A stretch of DNA of 64,000 nucleotides from sequence record PV683292.1. One strand, written 5' to 3'. Position 1 is the first letter of the stretch; each line of letters begins with the position of its first letter. The notes under the pieces were generated by a model that saw nothing but the letters and a program-made list of their open reading frames with translations, ran no database searches and was not told the DNA's origin. Position numbers and translations under genes: made by a program. Shown here in pieces: positions 27,939 through 37,942 of this stretch. This stretch comes from Klebsiella phage HMGUkp2.

Positions 27939-28065
27939 GCCATGGTACAGCGCTCGTTGGGAAACTCTCGAGCCTGAAGAACCAGTTTACACTGAGTCTG
28001 AATCATGTTATGATGAACCTACGGTAAATGATCTACTTGATTTAGAGGATTACTATGATCGGTAA
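27931..28065 (+). CDS. small acidic protein (44 aa)
   Basis: ATG 27931 overlapping upstream stop. Confidence 0.3.
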   Translation: MSKPWYSARWETLEPEEPVYTESESCYDEPTVNDLLDLEDYYDR

Positions 28066-28495
28066 ATGTTTTGAAATCGTTAAAGAAGATAGTGAAGACG
28101 GTTACGGCACTTCAGTGTTGTTTCCACAACTGAAGGTAGGCGTCAAGTTCAAGGTTCTGCGTACTGGTGCTGAAGAATCGTGCCATCACCACGGCATTAA
28201 AAGTATTATTTTAGAAGACGGAACCGTTATTGATATCGATTCTGTAGATTCATCTTTCTGGTGTCTTTGGGCCCCGGCCTCTATGGACGAAATTAAAGAA
28301 ATCCCGCCAGAATCTTTTGGTTCTATAGCTAGCACGGGTTACTTTGACGGGCAATATCTGCCTGACCGCTTAAAACGTATTGAAAGGGAATTTGACGCTG
28401 AGTATAACTATTACGATGCAAATGTAATTAAAGCTACTATTGAACACATTAAGTGGCTTGAAGCTCAGCTGAGATTTTCTGACAGACCGTTCTAA
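28055..28495 (+). CDS. hypothetical protein
   Basis: 146 aa. Confidence 0.45.
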   Translation: MIGKCFEIVKEDSEDGYGTSVLFPQLKVGVKFKVLRTGAEESCHHHGIKSIILEDGTVIDIDSVDSSFWCLWAPASMDEIKEIPPESFGSIASTGYFDGQYLPDRLKRIEREFDAEYNYYDANVIKATIEHIKWLEAQLRFSDRPF

Positions 28496-28530
28496 TAATA
28501 AATAGATTCATCTACTTATGAGGTGAATCT

Positions 28531-29004
28531 ATGTTATTGGCTGGTAAGCTCTACAAAGAAGAAAAACAAAGACTATTTGATTTGCAGGGCGGTGTATGTC
28601 CTTTATGTAAACGCCCTCTAGATAATGACGTACAGGCCAATCACTTAGACCATGATCACTCTTTATCAGGTCCTCAAGCTGGCAAGGTGCGTGCATTGCT
28701 CTGCAATCTATGTAACGTAACCGAAGGTATGATGAAACACAAGTTCAACCGTTCAGGTCTGAAAGGTCAAGATATCGACTACCTCGTTTGGTTGAAAGAA
28801 TTAGTGGCGTACCTCGAAAAAGATTATTCTGGGGCTAACATCCACCCAGAGTACGTGACTGACAAGTCAAAAGAATTTGGACGTCTCAGTAAAGAAGAGA
28901 TGGTTCAAGAAATGCTTAAAGCCGGATTTGTATATAATGAATCCGACACTAAAACGAAGCTTCAAGCTTCATTCAAAAAACAACTGAGGAAATCGTTAAA
29001 ATGA
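28531..29004 (+). CDS. 49: recombination endonuclease VII (Holliday junction resolvase)
   Basis: 157 aa; CPLCKRPL...HLDHDH...CNLCN zinc/His-Me motifs as in T4 gp49. Confidence 0.85.
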   Translation: MLLAGKLYKEEKQRLFDLQGGVCPLCKRPLDNDVQANHLDHDHSLSGPQAGKVRALLCNLCNVTEGMMKHKFNRSGLKGQDIDYLVWLKELVAYLEKDYSGANIHPEYVTDKSKEFGRLSKEEMVQEMLKAGFVYNESDTKTKLQASFKKQLRKSLK

Positions 29005-29119
29005 TTATGAACTTTGTGAACGACGTTATCGACTGTGGCAATGAAACCGTTCTACGTTTCGGCTCTGAATTCCCGGCGATGTTTTCCTTCCTGTTCTTTT
29101 TCTCTTACTAAGGATTAAA

Positions 29120-29320
29120 ATGACTAAGTTCCGTGATATCGTAGCAAACATCATCGTTTATATCGTTCTGTTCTTCTCTGCTCTGGTTGCGGTCCCAGCC
29201 ATTGCACTGATTATGGTTGCTGAAGCTATTCGTGGTACTAAGCAACCGAGTGTTTCTAAAGAAGAAATGACTCGTCGAATGGAAGAGCTTACTAATAAGA
29301 TTGAAAAGCTTTTCAAATGA
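29120..29320 (+). CDS. small membrane protein
   Basis: 66 aa. Confidence 0.4.
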   Translation: MTKFRDIVANIIVYIVLFFSALVAVPAIALIMVAEAIRGTKQPSVSKEEMTRRMEELTNKIEKLFK

Positions 29321-29622
29321 ATATAGAAATCTACGGCATCCCAGAACAAGTCTGGAGATGTCCTGGATGTCACTGGATAAGAGGCCTTTTGGCCTCTTTG
29401 AACGTTGAATATACTTTTATCGACGTAATAAGTCCTGGTGACACCGGGCCTGTTTATGATAGACCACTCATCGAATCTCTGGCTAAACGTCTAGGCCAAT
29501 TCCCTTCACTCTCTATCAAGTATCCTGTTATCTTTGTAGATAACCAGTTCATCCCATCTCTTAAAGATTTCCAACAGTTCCTTATTGACAAAGGCTATGA
29601 CCGAGATTTAATTGAAGATTAG
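29317..29622 (+). CDS. thioredoxin-fold (glutaredoxin/NrdH-like) protein
   Basis: CPGC motif and YPVIFVDNQFIPSL. Confidence 0.45.
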   Translation: MNIEIYGIPEQVWRCPGCHWIRGLLASLNVEYTFIDVISPGDTGPVYDRPLIESLAKRLGQFPSLSIKYPVIFVDNQFIPSLKDFQQFLIDKGYDRDLIED

Positions 29623-29625
29623 GGT

Positions 29626-29683
29626 GTTTACAACACCCTTTCATCATGTTAGTATACTCCTACACTAACAGTGGAGGTACAAA
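29626..29683 (+). promoter_or_regulatory. early promoter-stem-loop cassette k
   Basis: AGGGTGTTTACAACACCCT palindrome around -35, then GTTAGTATA. Confidence 0.5.
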
Positions 29684-29941
29684 TTGAAAACTGTTGAAAT
29701 CCAACGTCACATCACCGCCCACGTACAGGTTGAAGTTTTAAATGGGTACACTCAAGACCTTATGATCGAGGTTCGCGGTTCTACAATCTTCTTCCGTAGT
29801 CGTGGGAAGTGTACTGAGTGCAATACCATGGCTGCTAAAGCTCATGTTGGCAAAGCGATTAATGCCACGGTTGCTTTGATTCCTGAAATGTGTGATTACG
29901 AGCGAAAAGAGATCAGCCGTTTAGTATTGGGGTTAATCTAA
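29684..29941 (+). CDS. hypothetical protein (TTG start)
   Basis: GGAGG RBS then TTG. Confidence 0.35.
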   Translation: MKTVEIQRHITAHVQVEVLNGYTQDLMIEVRGSTIFFRSRGKCTECNTMAAKAHVGKAINATVALIPEMCDYERKEISRLVLGLI

Positions 29942-30198
29942 TGATTAAAATTGAAGATGCAAAGGTAATTATTCGTTGTATCGTTGATGAATGCAAAGTT
30001 ATGTTCATCACTATGTGGCCCACTGCTGAACTAGGCCGAATCCAAATTGAATTCTCTATTGGTTCAAAAGTATGCTTTATTAAAAAGGGCCAATATGTCC
30101 ATCTTCAAACTAAGCTTAAAGAAATAGGCGTTAAAATAACTGAAGATGAAGCTTCGCATATGGCTAGTGTAATTAATCAACATTTGGAAATATTTTAA
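29941..30198 (+). CDS. hypothetical protein
   Basis: 85 aa. Confidence 0.4.
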   Translation: MIKIEDAKVIIRCIVDECKVMFITMWPTAELGRIQIEFSIGSKVCFIKKGQYVHLQTKLKEIGVKITEDEASHMASVINQHLEIF

Positions 30199-30482
30199 TG
30201 GGTAAAACATACCGTCGTAAAGATATCAAATCGAAAGGTGAATACTGGTCAGGGCGCCGTCAGGCTCCAGCAGGCATCTCTGATGAAACTGTGGCAGATA
30301 ACATCTTCCACTCTGACAAGCCTAAGCGCTGGAAAGGGCTGGACTCTGCGGTTAAAGAAGACCAGAATCGTTATGCACGGGCCGACAAGCGTCGCCTGAA
30401 ACTGAACTACGATTCTGAAACTGAGCTCAAAACTGACAAATACTACGCTCGCAAAGCCAACGAAGGCTGGCAACACTCGTAG
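30198..30482 (+). CDS. basic hypothetical protein
   Basis: 94 aa. Confidence 0.4.
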   Translation: MGKTYRRKDIKSKGEYWSGRRQAPAGISDETVADNIFHSDKPKRWKGLDSAVKEDQNRYARADKRRLKLNYDSETELKTDKYYARKANEGWQHS

Positions 30483-30554
30483 TTTAAGAACTCGTGAGGA
30501 CCGAGTATAATGTCCTCCTTGGATAATAAAATTTAAACCACAGAGGAAAATACT
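30483..30554 (+). promoter_or_regulatory. early promoter-stem-loop cassette l (variant GTTTAAG)
   Basis: TAGTTTAAGAACTCGTGAGGACCGAGTATAATGTCCTCC. Confidence 0.5.
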
Positions 30555-30887
30555 ATGTCTCAGGCTATCAAAAACGTTCTGCACTCTTTTGCTTTTGATA
30601 AAGTAGAAGAAATCCGTAAGAAGGGTGGCATTGTTACTCCTGAAATTTTAGATCAGTGGGAAAAAGACCTTCACGGAACTATGGTTGAAAATGAGCAGAA
30701 AATTGGTAAAGCTCGTATTCGTGAACTACTAGTCTGCTATATCATTGGCGAATTTGATGTTGATGCTTTTGGTGTCCAGTCGGTTGTCAAGAAAGCTGGT
30801 GAAATTTCCGACACATGTATTCGCAAAATGAAGAACCAACGTAAGAAAGGTTTCAACGATCTGAAGATCGTTAAGGCGGCAAAATGA
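30555..30887 (+). CDS. hypothetical protein
   Basis: 110 aa. Confidence 0.45.
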   Translation: MSQAIKNVLHSFAFDKVEEIRKKGGIVTPEILDQWEKDLHGTMVENEQKIGKARIRELLVCYIIGEFDVDAFGVQSVVKKAGEISDTCIRKMKNQRKKGFNDLKIVKAAK

Positions 30888-31165
30888 TTGTTCTTAATCA
30901 ACGCGGCTGTCCGGAACGTGTACGGTTCCGTATCTTAGAATTAAGAAACGGTGAACCTTATTTAGTTGATAGCTATGCTTCTATCATAATGGTTCAACGA
31001 TACGTTAACCTGCGTACATCTGGTCTCACGCACAAAGAACACGGTCTTCCGGTTAAGTGCCGATTCTATATGATGAGTGCGGACCACCCTGATTATTCAG
31101 GTCTTAGTAAAAGTTGGGCCGAAGGTCTTACACTTAAAGAGCTTGAGGATTATCTTAATGACTGA
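30884..31165 (+). CDS. hypothetical protein
   Basis: 93 aa. Confidence 0.45.
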   Translation: MIVLNQRGCPERVRFRILELRNGEPYLVDSYASIIMVQRYVNLRTSGLTHKEHGLPVKCRFYMMSADHPDYSGLSKSWAEGLTLKELEDYLND

Positions 31166-31385
31166 AGAACAACTAGCTGAACTCGGATACCTTGGTTATC
31201 TGATAACTCATACTGAAGATGGACGCATTTTGATTGAAGGTTCATCTAATGGCATCGACTGGCTCATTGAAGACGACTTTGGTATCTGGTGGGTATACGA
31301 ATACACTTCTTCAGATACATTTATTTCTGTTGATGCTTTCGGTGTATTTGAACAAGCCCATGAATGCGCAAGGAATCTAAGATGA
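31158..31385 (+). CDS. hypothetical protein
   Basis: ATGA coupling; 75 aa. Confidence 0.4.
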   Translation: MTEEQLAELGYLGYLITHTEDGRILIEGSSNGIDWLIEDDFGIWWVYEYTSSDTFISVDAFGVFEQAHECARNLR

Positions 31386-31648
31386 ACAGCTTAACTTTGG
31401 TTGCTAACGATGAACACTTTATTGTAGATAGTTACATGGGTGTGTACTATTTACCGTTTGGTGATGCATCAGACGATTCGTATAATTTCCACGTGTCTGA
31501 ACTGAACCATAGCCATTATCAACGCTTATATAAAGGCTTGGTACAATACCAACAAGAAAACGGAATATCTGTTTCTTTAAGCTATGAACAGTTCCTTAGT
31601 ATCTGTGAACGCTTATTTGAAATGTACTGTATTCTTCGTAAATTGTAA
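31382..31648 (+). CDS. hypothetical protein
   Basis: ATGA coupling; 88 aa. Confidence 0.4.
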   Translation: MNSLTLVANDEHFIVDSYMGVYYLPFGDASDDSYNFHVSELNHSHYQRLYKGLVQYQQENGISVSLSYEQFLSICERLFEMYCILRKL

Positions 31649-31714
31649 TATGCTTTAAGCGGCCTCTTCGCATCCTATGTTATAATGAATATATACTATT
31701 TGATGAGGCCAACT

Positions 31715-32254
31715 ATGAGTGATTACGTAAATAATAAGGAGTTGTACAAAGCTATTTGTGCTTGGAAGGAACAGGTTAGAAATGCTCCCGAAGGGGTTAA
31801 AGTACGACAAAATGACACGATTGGTCTTGCCATCATGTTAATAGCCGAAGGTCTGAGCAAACGATTCAACTTCTCAGGATATACCCAGTCTTGGAAGCAA
31901 GAAATGATTGCAGACGGTATTGAGGCCGCAATTAAAGGTCTTCATAACTTCGACGAAACCAAATACACCAACCCTCATGCATATATCACAATGGCTTGTT
32001 TTAATGCCTTCGTTCAGCGTATCAAGAAAGAACGCAAAGAAATGGCAAAGAAATATAGCTACTTCGTTCACAACGTTTATGATAGTCGTGACGATGATAT
32101 GGTTGCGTTAGCAGATGAAACCTTTATTCAGGACATCTACGATAAAATGACGCAATACGAAACCTCAACATACAAGGCACCAGGGTCTGATAAAAAGAGT
32201 GAACCGGTAGTTGAAGGTAATGAATTGGAATTTTTATATGAGGCTCAAAATTAA
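31715..32254 (+). CDS. 55: late-transcription sigma factor gp55
   Basis: [20 protein letters not shown] parallels T4 gp55 N-terminus (YVNNKELLQAI.DWK); ~180 aa; start could be 31685. Confidence 0.75.
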   Translation: MSDYVNNKELYKAICAWKEQVRNAPEGVKVRQNDTIGLAIMLIAEGLSKRFNFSGYTQSWKQEMIADGIEAAIKGLHNFDETKYTNPHAYITMACFNAFVQRIKKERKEMAKKYSYFVHNVYDSRDDDMVALADETFIQDIYDKMTQYETSTYKAPGSDKKSEPVVEGNELEFLYEAQN

Positions 32255-32468
32255 CCTCGAAGGATTTTTAGAAGAAGTGCAAGACCAAGATGCCATCCCT
32301 TATTTGCTTAAATTGTATCTAAGGGAAATGCTTGATCTTGATATTCACATCGACCCTAAGAACCCGCACGATACGGATATCACATCCGAAACTGCTTTAA
32401 TTAATCATCAGTATAATGTTTCTGATGACGGATTTAGCGTAGTAATTGATTACATTCCTAAGGTATAA
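32238..32468 (+). CDS. hypothetical protein
   Basis: overlaps gp55 3' end; 76 aa. Confidence 0.35.
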   Translation: MRLKINLEGFLEEVQDQDAIPYLLKLYLREMLDLDIHIDPKNPHDTDITSETALINHQYNVSDDGFSVVIDYIPKV

Positions 32469-32469
32469 A

Positions 32470-32814
32470 ATGACCGAGATTGAAATTGATAGCATCACTG
32501 AAGCACTAGAAAAACGTGGTGTCGAGAAGGACGAAATTGAAGAAGCGATTCTGGCTCAGCAAGCTATTGCAGAACGTCAGGCGCAAGTTAAAGCTAAAAA
32601 AATTTATCGTAAGAACCGACGCGAACTTGAGCGGCTATATAAGCATGCTCAAGCAGCTGTTCTTGACAATAACTTCCCGGCGTATAAGTATGCTATCGAG
32701 AAATCTCGTGACATCTTACGCCAACCATACACCGATGAGATTATTCTGACCGGTTGGCAGACCTCTCGCAAAATCATTTGGGACATTATCAATGATCAAG
32801 CAGGTAAAATTTAA
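32470..32814 (+). CDS. hypothetical protein
   Basis: 114 aa. Confidence 0.45.
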   Translation: MTEIEIDSITEALEKRGVEKDEIEEAILAQQAIAERQAQVKAKKIYRKNRRELERLYKHAQAAVLDNNFPAYKYAIEKSRDILRQPYTDEIILTGWQTSRKIIWDIINDQAGKI

Positions 32815-32989
32815 ACGTTTGCAGGTTAACGCAGGATTCACTCTGTCTATAGCTAATGGTACTATGGCTGTTAAAATATCAGAAACGCATTATCGCGTTC
32901 TAGGCTCAAAAGGGGTAATTAATAAAGCTGATCCGAAAAAGCTTGTATGGGCTGACACTGCACAAATTAAAAGGTGGTATAAATGGTAA
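32792..32989 (+). CDS. hypothetical protein
   Basis: 65 aa. Confidence 0.3.
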   Translation: MIKQVKFKRLQVNAGFTLSIANGTMAVKISETHYRVLGSKGVINKADPKKLVWADTAQIKRWYKW

Positions 32990-33074
32990 GAGAACCTGAT
33001 TCTTCTGAATACTTTATCCATGATGTAGACGATCTTGGTGTTGTAGAAAACATGGTCGGCTTTGGTGAAGGCTG

Positions 33075-33260
33075 ATGGAAACAGTAATAGCTAAAGCAAA
33101 TGTAGTAACTCGTAATGGAACTATGTATTCTCCTGAAGCCTTGGAAAAGGCCATCGATTATGCAAAGATCCGTAGCGATAAGAATGAAATGATTAGCCGG
33201 TTCAATATGGCTTACGATAAAGCTAAAGCTGAAGGTACTATCACGTATCGTAAAATTTAA
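33075..33260 (+). CDS. hypothetical protein
   Basis: 61 aa. Confidence 0.35.
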   Translation: METVIAKANVVTRNGTMYSPEALEKAIDYAKIRSDKNEMISRFNMAYDKAKAEGTITYRKI

Positions 33261-33279
33261 AGGGCTTCGGCCCTTTTAG
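33260..33279 (+). terminator. intrinsic terminator
   Basis: GGGCTTCGGCCC + TTTT. Confidence 0.65.
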
Positions 33280-33286
33280 GGTAACT

Positions 33287-33904
33287 ATGTATATAACTTA
33301 TCTAACAATTTATTCTGGAGATAAACTCCCTCCTTTCTACATTGGCTCTTCTTCCTTAAAGAAACATATGGAAGGCTATACCGGTACTGTTATTTCTAAA
33401 GCGTACAAAGAAATTTATGATAAAGAGAAAGAAGAGCATCCTGAATTATTCGATACAATTCTTTTAGAACAATTTGAAACCAGGCAAGAAGCTATTGCAA
33501 ATGAGTTGCACTATCAAAAACTTCATGACGTAGTTCGTTCTCCTCTTTTCATGAATATGTCTTTTGCTGTACCTAACGGTTGTTTTGGGAGAGATGTTTC
33601 TAAAGAAAAGCACCCTCTATATGGAAGCCATAATGGTTCTGGTAATATCCATTCTTATCATCCTGAAACTTTAGAACAGTCGTTTGCACCATTTATCCCA
33701 GAAGGATTTATAAAAGGCCGTTCCCCGAAGTATAAAGCATCTTGCCACAATAAGGGTAAGAAGTGGTATAATAACGGAATAGAACATAAGATGATTCATC
33801 CTGATAATGTTCCTGATGGGTGGGTTAAAGGTAAACTTCCAGGCTCTGCTTCTGCAGCAGCTACTAAAATGTGGGAACGAATTCGAAATGAAAATAATTC
33901 ATAG
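33287..33904 (+). mobile_element. GIY-YIG homing endonuclease (Seg-like) gene inserted between gp55 region and gp47
   Basis: 205 aa; YITYLTIYSGD...PFYIGSS GIY-YIG motif; 3' end overlaps gp47 start; not at this position in T4. Confidence 0.6.
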
Positions 33905-34910
33905 CGGCGATTGGCATTTAGGTGTAAAGGCGGACGACCCTTGGGTTCAAGAAATCCAATTAAAAGGTATCAGAGACCACATCCAATACGCTAAAGATAA
34001 CGGTATTGATACGATTATTCAATACGGTGATATTTTTGATGTGCGTAAAGCCATTACTCACAAGTGTATGGAGTTTGCACGTAGAATCATTAAAGAACTG
34101 GATGAAGCTGGGATTAAACTCATTACTATTGTTGGGAACCACGACTGCCATTTTAAAAACACCTTGACTCCTAATGCGGCTCAAGAAGTAATGGGAAAAT
34201 ACGATAACGTTACGGTGATCGAAAAGCCCACTACTATGGATTTCGACGGTACATTGATTGATTTGATTCCTTGGATGTGTGATGAAAACACAACAGAAAT
34301 CATGGATCATATCAAGCAGTCTAGCGCTGAATACTGTATTGGCCACTGGGAGCTGAATGGCTTCTATTTTTATAAAGGTATGAAATCTCATGGGCTCGAA
34401 CCAGATTTCCTCAAAAAGTACAAACACGTATGGTCTGGGCACTTCCACACCATATCAAGTGCAGCAAACGTTAAGTACATCGGAACGCCTTGGACGCTTA
34501 CAGCGGGTGACGAGAACGACCCGCGTGGATTCTGGGTTCAAGACACTCGACTACAAACATTTGATTTCGTCCCTAACGAAGTCACTTGGCACAGAAAAAT
34601 CTTCTACCCTGTAACAGGGCCATTTGATCCAAACGAATTTAAAAATCTAGCAGTTCGTGTAGTTATTACTAAAGTAGATGATAAACTGCCGGCCTTCGAA
34701 AGTGAGCTTGAAAAAGTAGTTCATGAACTTCGAACGGTTTCTAAAGTAGATAACTCTGTTGACACTGAAGAAGCTGATGAAGAAGAAGTGGTAGGCTTGC
34801 TTGATATGATGATGGAATATATTGAAGCTCTCCCTGATGCTACATCTCAAGATGACATTGAGGCTCTTAAAGCATTAGCTACTCAACTTTATATCGAGGC
34901 CAGTGCATGA
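33888..34910 (+). CDS. 47: recombination nuclease subunit gp47 (Mre11-like)
   Basis: MKIIHSGDWHLG phosphoesterase motif I, GNHD; 340 aa. Confidence 0.85.
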   Translation: MKIIHSGDWHLGVKADDPWVQEIQLKGIRDHIQYAKDNGIDTIIQYGDIFDVRKAITHKCMEFARRIIKELDEAGIKLITIVGNHDCHFKNTLTPNAAQEVMGKYDNVTVIEKPTTMDFDGTLIDLIPWMCDENTTEIMDHIKQSSAEYCIGHWELNGFYFYKGMKSHGLEPDFLKKYKHVWSGHFHTISSAANVKYIGTPWTLTAGDENDPRGFWVQDTRLQTFDFVPNEVTWHRKIFYPVTGPFDPNEFKNLAVRVVITKVDDKLPAFESELEKVVHELRTVSKVDNSVDTEEADEEEVVGLLDMMMEYIEALPDATSQDDIEALKALATQLYIEASA

Positions 34911-36589
34911 AAGTTTTTAAGTTAAATAGGGTCAAATACCAAAACATTATGTCGGTAGGCCAAGCGCCTATCGATATTCAACTCGACAAATGTCATAAGA
35001 CTCTAATTACAGGTAAAAATGGTGGTGGTAAGAGTACTATGCTCGAAGCTATCACATTTGCTTTATTTGGCAAGCCATTCCGTGATATCAAGAAAGGCCA
35101 ATTGATTAACTCCTTCAATAAGAAGAATCTGGTTGTTGAACTCTGGATGGAGTACGACGGGCACACATTTTATATCAAGCGTGGCCAGAAACCAAATATC
35201 TTTGAAATAACACGAGACGGCGAAAAACTTGACGAAAGCGCAAGTTCAAAAGATTTCCAGGCATATTTCGAAGAGCTTATCGGAATGACATATTCATCCT
35301 TTAAGCAAATTGTCGTACTTGGAACGGCTGGTTATACTCCATTCATGGGCCTATCAACTCCGGCCCGAAGAAAACTTGTCGAAGATCTTCTTGAAGTATC
35401 TCTGTTGGCTGATATGGATAAGTTGAATAAGAGTTCAATCCGTGAGATTAACTCTCAAGTCCAATTGATTGACGCTCGTCAAGAAGGTATCATTCAACAG
35501 ATTAAAATCTATAACGAGAACGTAGAACGCCAAAAGAAATTATCCGGCGAAAATGTGGCTCGTTTACAATCAATGTATGACGAACTTGCTTCTGAAGCTC
35601 GTCAAATTAAATCTGATATTGAAAAATCTGTTACACGTTTAGCTGATATTGTTTTAGATGAAGACCCTAGAGTTGCACTGCAAGAGATCCAGCAGAAAAC
35701 TACAACTTTACATAATAAGATAAATTCTTTCAATAAAGTTGTTAAAATGTACCACGCAGGCGGTGAATGCCCTAGTTGTATGAGTATCTTGCATCCAGGC
35801 GATCCTGTTGTAGCTAAGATAGCGGATAAAGTTCATGAATGTGAATCATCAGCCGCTAGTTTAGAAGCCCACAGACAGTCACTGGAGACGCTAGTCGCCG
35901 AATATGAAGCTAATGTTAGGACCCAGCAGTCTCTCGCTCAAGATATTCGCTCTAAGAAACAGGCGTTAGTATCTACGGTCGAGAAAGCTAAGAAGGTTAA
36001 AGCTGCTCTAGACCAAGCGGCTTCAGACTTCATCGACCATGCTTCAGAGATTGCTTCGCTTCAAGTAGAACTAGATAAATTGGTGGCCGAGAAAACTAAG
36101 CTAGTGATGGAAAAATACCACCGTGGTATTCTCACTGATATGCTGAAAGATACTGGTATTAAAGGCGCTATTATCAAGAAATATATTCCGCTGTTTAATA
36201 AACATATTAATCAGTATTTGAAAGTAATGGAAGCTGATTACTCATTCACACTGAATGAAGAGTTCTCTGAGACTATTAAGTCTAGAGGTCGAGAAGAATT
36301 TAGTTATGCGTCATTTAGTCAAGGTGAAAAAGCACGTATTGATATAGCCTTGTTGTTTACCTGGCGTGATATTGCCGAAAAGGTATCCGGCGTTAAAATA
36401 AACTGTCTTTTCCTCGATGAGATTTTTGACTCTGCCGCGGATGCTGAAGGTATAAAATCTATAGGTTCTATACTGAATACTATGGCTGATGTTAACGTGT
36501 TTATTATTAGTCACCGAGACCATGACCCACAAGCTTACGGCCAGCATCTACAGATGAAGAAAGTTGGTCGTTTTACGGTGATGGAATGA
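34907..36589 (+). CDS. 46: recombination ATPase gp46 (Rad50/SbcC-like)
   Basis: 560 aa; Walker A GKNGGGKST, coiled coil with CxxC zinc hook (CPSC), signature SQGEKARIDIAL, Walker B LFLDE. Confidence 0.9.
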   Translation: MKVFKLNRVKYQNIMSVGQAPIDIQLDKCHKTLITGKNGGGKSTMLEAITFALFGKPFRDIKKGQLINSFNKKNLVVELWMEYDGHTFYIKRGQKPNIFEITRDGEKLDESASSKDFQAYFEELIGMTYSSFKQIVVLGTAGYTPFMGLSTPARRKLVEDLLEVSLLADMDKLNKSSIREINSQVQLIDARQEGIIQQIKIYNENVERQKKLSGENVARLQSMYDELASEARQIKSDIEKSVTRLADIVLDEDPRVALQEIQQKTTTLHNKINSFNKVVKMYHAGGECPSCMSILHPGDPVVAKIADKVHECESSAASLEAHRQSLETLVAEYEANVRTQQSLAQDIRSKKQALVSTVEKAKKVKAALDQAASDFIDHASEIASLQVELDKLVAEKTKLVMEKYHRGILTDMLKDTGIKGAIIKKYIPLFNKHINQYLKVMEADYSFTLNEEFSETIKSRGREEFSYASFSQGEKARIDIALLFTWRDIAEKVSGVKINCLFLDEIFDSAADAEGIKSIGSILNTMADVNVFIISHRDHDPQAYGQHLQMKKVGRFTVME

Positions 36590-36783
36590 ATGAAGATGCA
36601 ATTACAGGCCAGTGGTTGCTGGCCTGGCCTGAAGTGAAACGCTTCAGGCTTACAAACGCGTTCAGTGGCGATGAACACATTGTTACTGAACGAATGATTA
36701 AAAATGCTTTTAAAGAATCAGATTACAATCTTATAATGTCGAACAGACATTCTGCATGGTTCCTTGAAGACTACTTCGATTAA
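36586..36783 (+). CDS. hypothetical protein
   Basis: 65 aa. Confidence 0.4.
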   Translation: MNEDAITGQWLLAWPEVKRFRLTNAFSGDEHIVTERMIKNAFKESDYNLIMSNRHSAWFLEDYFD

Positions 36784-36798
36784 TTGATAAGGTATATT

Positions 36799-37173
36799 AT
36801 GAACATCCTGACTGCTAAAGATATCCAAGTTAAAAACGTACGTACTGATTTGAACCCTAACAATCAAAACAAAATTCGTAAGTCTTGGGTACTAGCCCTT
36901 GATGAAGGCACACAAGCTGCTATTAAAGCTAAAATCAAAACCCCTGAAGCTCGCTGGGCATATTATGAAGCTCTCGATTCCGCTGTAAACGATAAATGGT
37001 TAGAATTAATGCGGGCTCATTATGCCGATTCTATTAAAGCCGGTGCTAAGATCGTTGTAGATCGTAATGGTGGCGAACGTCTTGAAGACGACTACTGTGT
37101 AGATGCAGATGAACAGCTGGTTATCGCAGGTCGGTTCGTTGCTGAAGAAGTTATCGCTGAATTCTCTAAATAA
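36799..37173 (+). CDS. RpbA-like protein (by position and size)
   Basis: ~125 aa ORF between 46 and 45 as T4 rpbA. Confidence 0.3.
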   Translation: MNILTAKDIQVKNVRTDLNPNNQNKIRKSWVLALDEGTQAAIKAKIKTPEARWAYYEALDSAVNDKWLELMRAHYADSIKAGAKIVVDRNGGERLEDDYCVDADEQLVIAGRFVAEEVIAEFSK

Positions 37174-37191
37174 TGATTTGAAAGGTACAAA

Positions 37192-37896
37192 ATGAAATTT
37201 TCTAAAGAAACCATCGCAGTTCTGAAAAACTTCTCTACTATCAATTCTGGCATCGTTCTGACCCCAGGTAATTTTGTAATGACCCGTTCTATTATTGGAA
37301 CGACTTATGCCGATGCAACAATTCAAGATGAAATCGATAACGAGCTGGCAATCTATGATCTGTCTGGCTTTCTAAGTGTTCTGTCTCTGGTCGGTGATGA
37401 TGCTGAAGTAACTCTTCAAGACGACGGCCAAATTGCAATCAAGAGCAATCGTTCTGCGGTGTACTGGGCCGGCGCCGATAAATCTACTATCGTTGTACCT
37501 AAAGCCAAAGCAAGCTTCCCGGTAGCAAACGTTATCACTGAACTGAAAGCTGAAGATCTTCAACAGCTGAAACGTGTTGCAAGTGGTCTGAACCTTGATA
37601 CGATTACCATTTCTAATAAGTCTGGTGAAATCGTTATGCAGGCTTATAATAAAACTGAAGACCCAGAACTGATTAAACCTAAATATGCATTAACCCTCGG
37701 TGAGTATGATGGTACTGAAAACTTCAACTTTGTTATTAACCGTGATAACTTGAAGATGGTTCCATCTGATTACAAACTGATGTTATGGGGTAAAAACCTG
37801 GCTGATGGCAAGAAACAAACTGCTGCTAAATTTGAAAGTGACAACTACACTTACATTACAGCAATGGAAATCGATTCGACTTTCGACTTTCAATAA
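37192..37896 (+). CDS. 45: sliding clamp gp45
   Basis: 234 aa; KNFSTINSGIVLTPGNFVMTRSI ... KAEDLQQLKRV ... MEIDSTFDFQ closely parallels T4 gp45. Confidence 0.9.
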   Translation: MKFSKETIAVLKNFSTINSGIVLTPGNFVMTRSIIGTTYADATIQDEIDNELAIYDLSGFLSVLSLVGDDAEVTLQDDGQIAIKSNRSAVYWAGADKSTIVVPKAKASFPVANVITELKAEDLQQLKRVASGLNLDTITISNKSGEIVMQAYNKTEDPELIKPKYALTLGEYDGTENFNFVINRDNLKMVPSDYKLMLWGKNLADGKKQTAAKFESDNYTYITAMEIDSTFDFQ

Positions 37897-37942
37897 AATT
37901 TAAATGGGAGCTACGGCTCCCTCTGAACTGAGGAAAATATTG

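Noticed and set aside
33960-34448. 162-aa minus-strand ORF
   Set aside because: Antisense to gp47, whose product shows clear Mre11 motifs.
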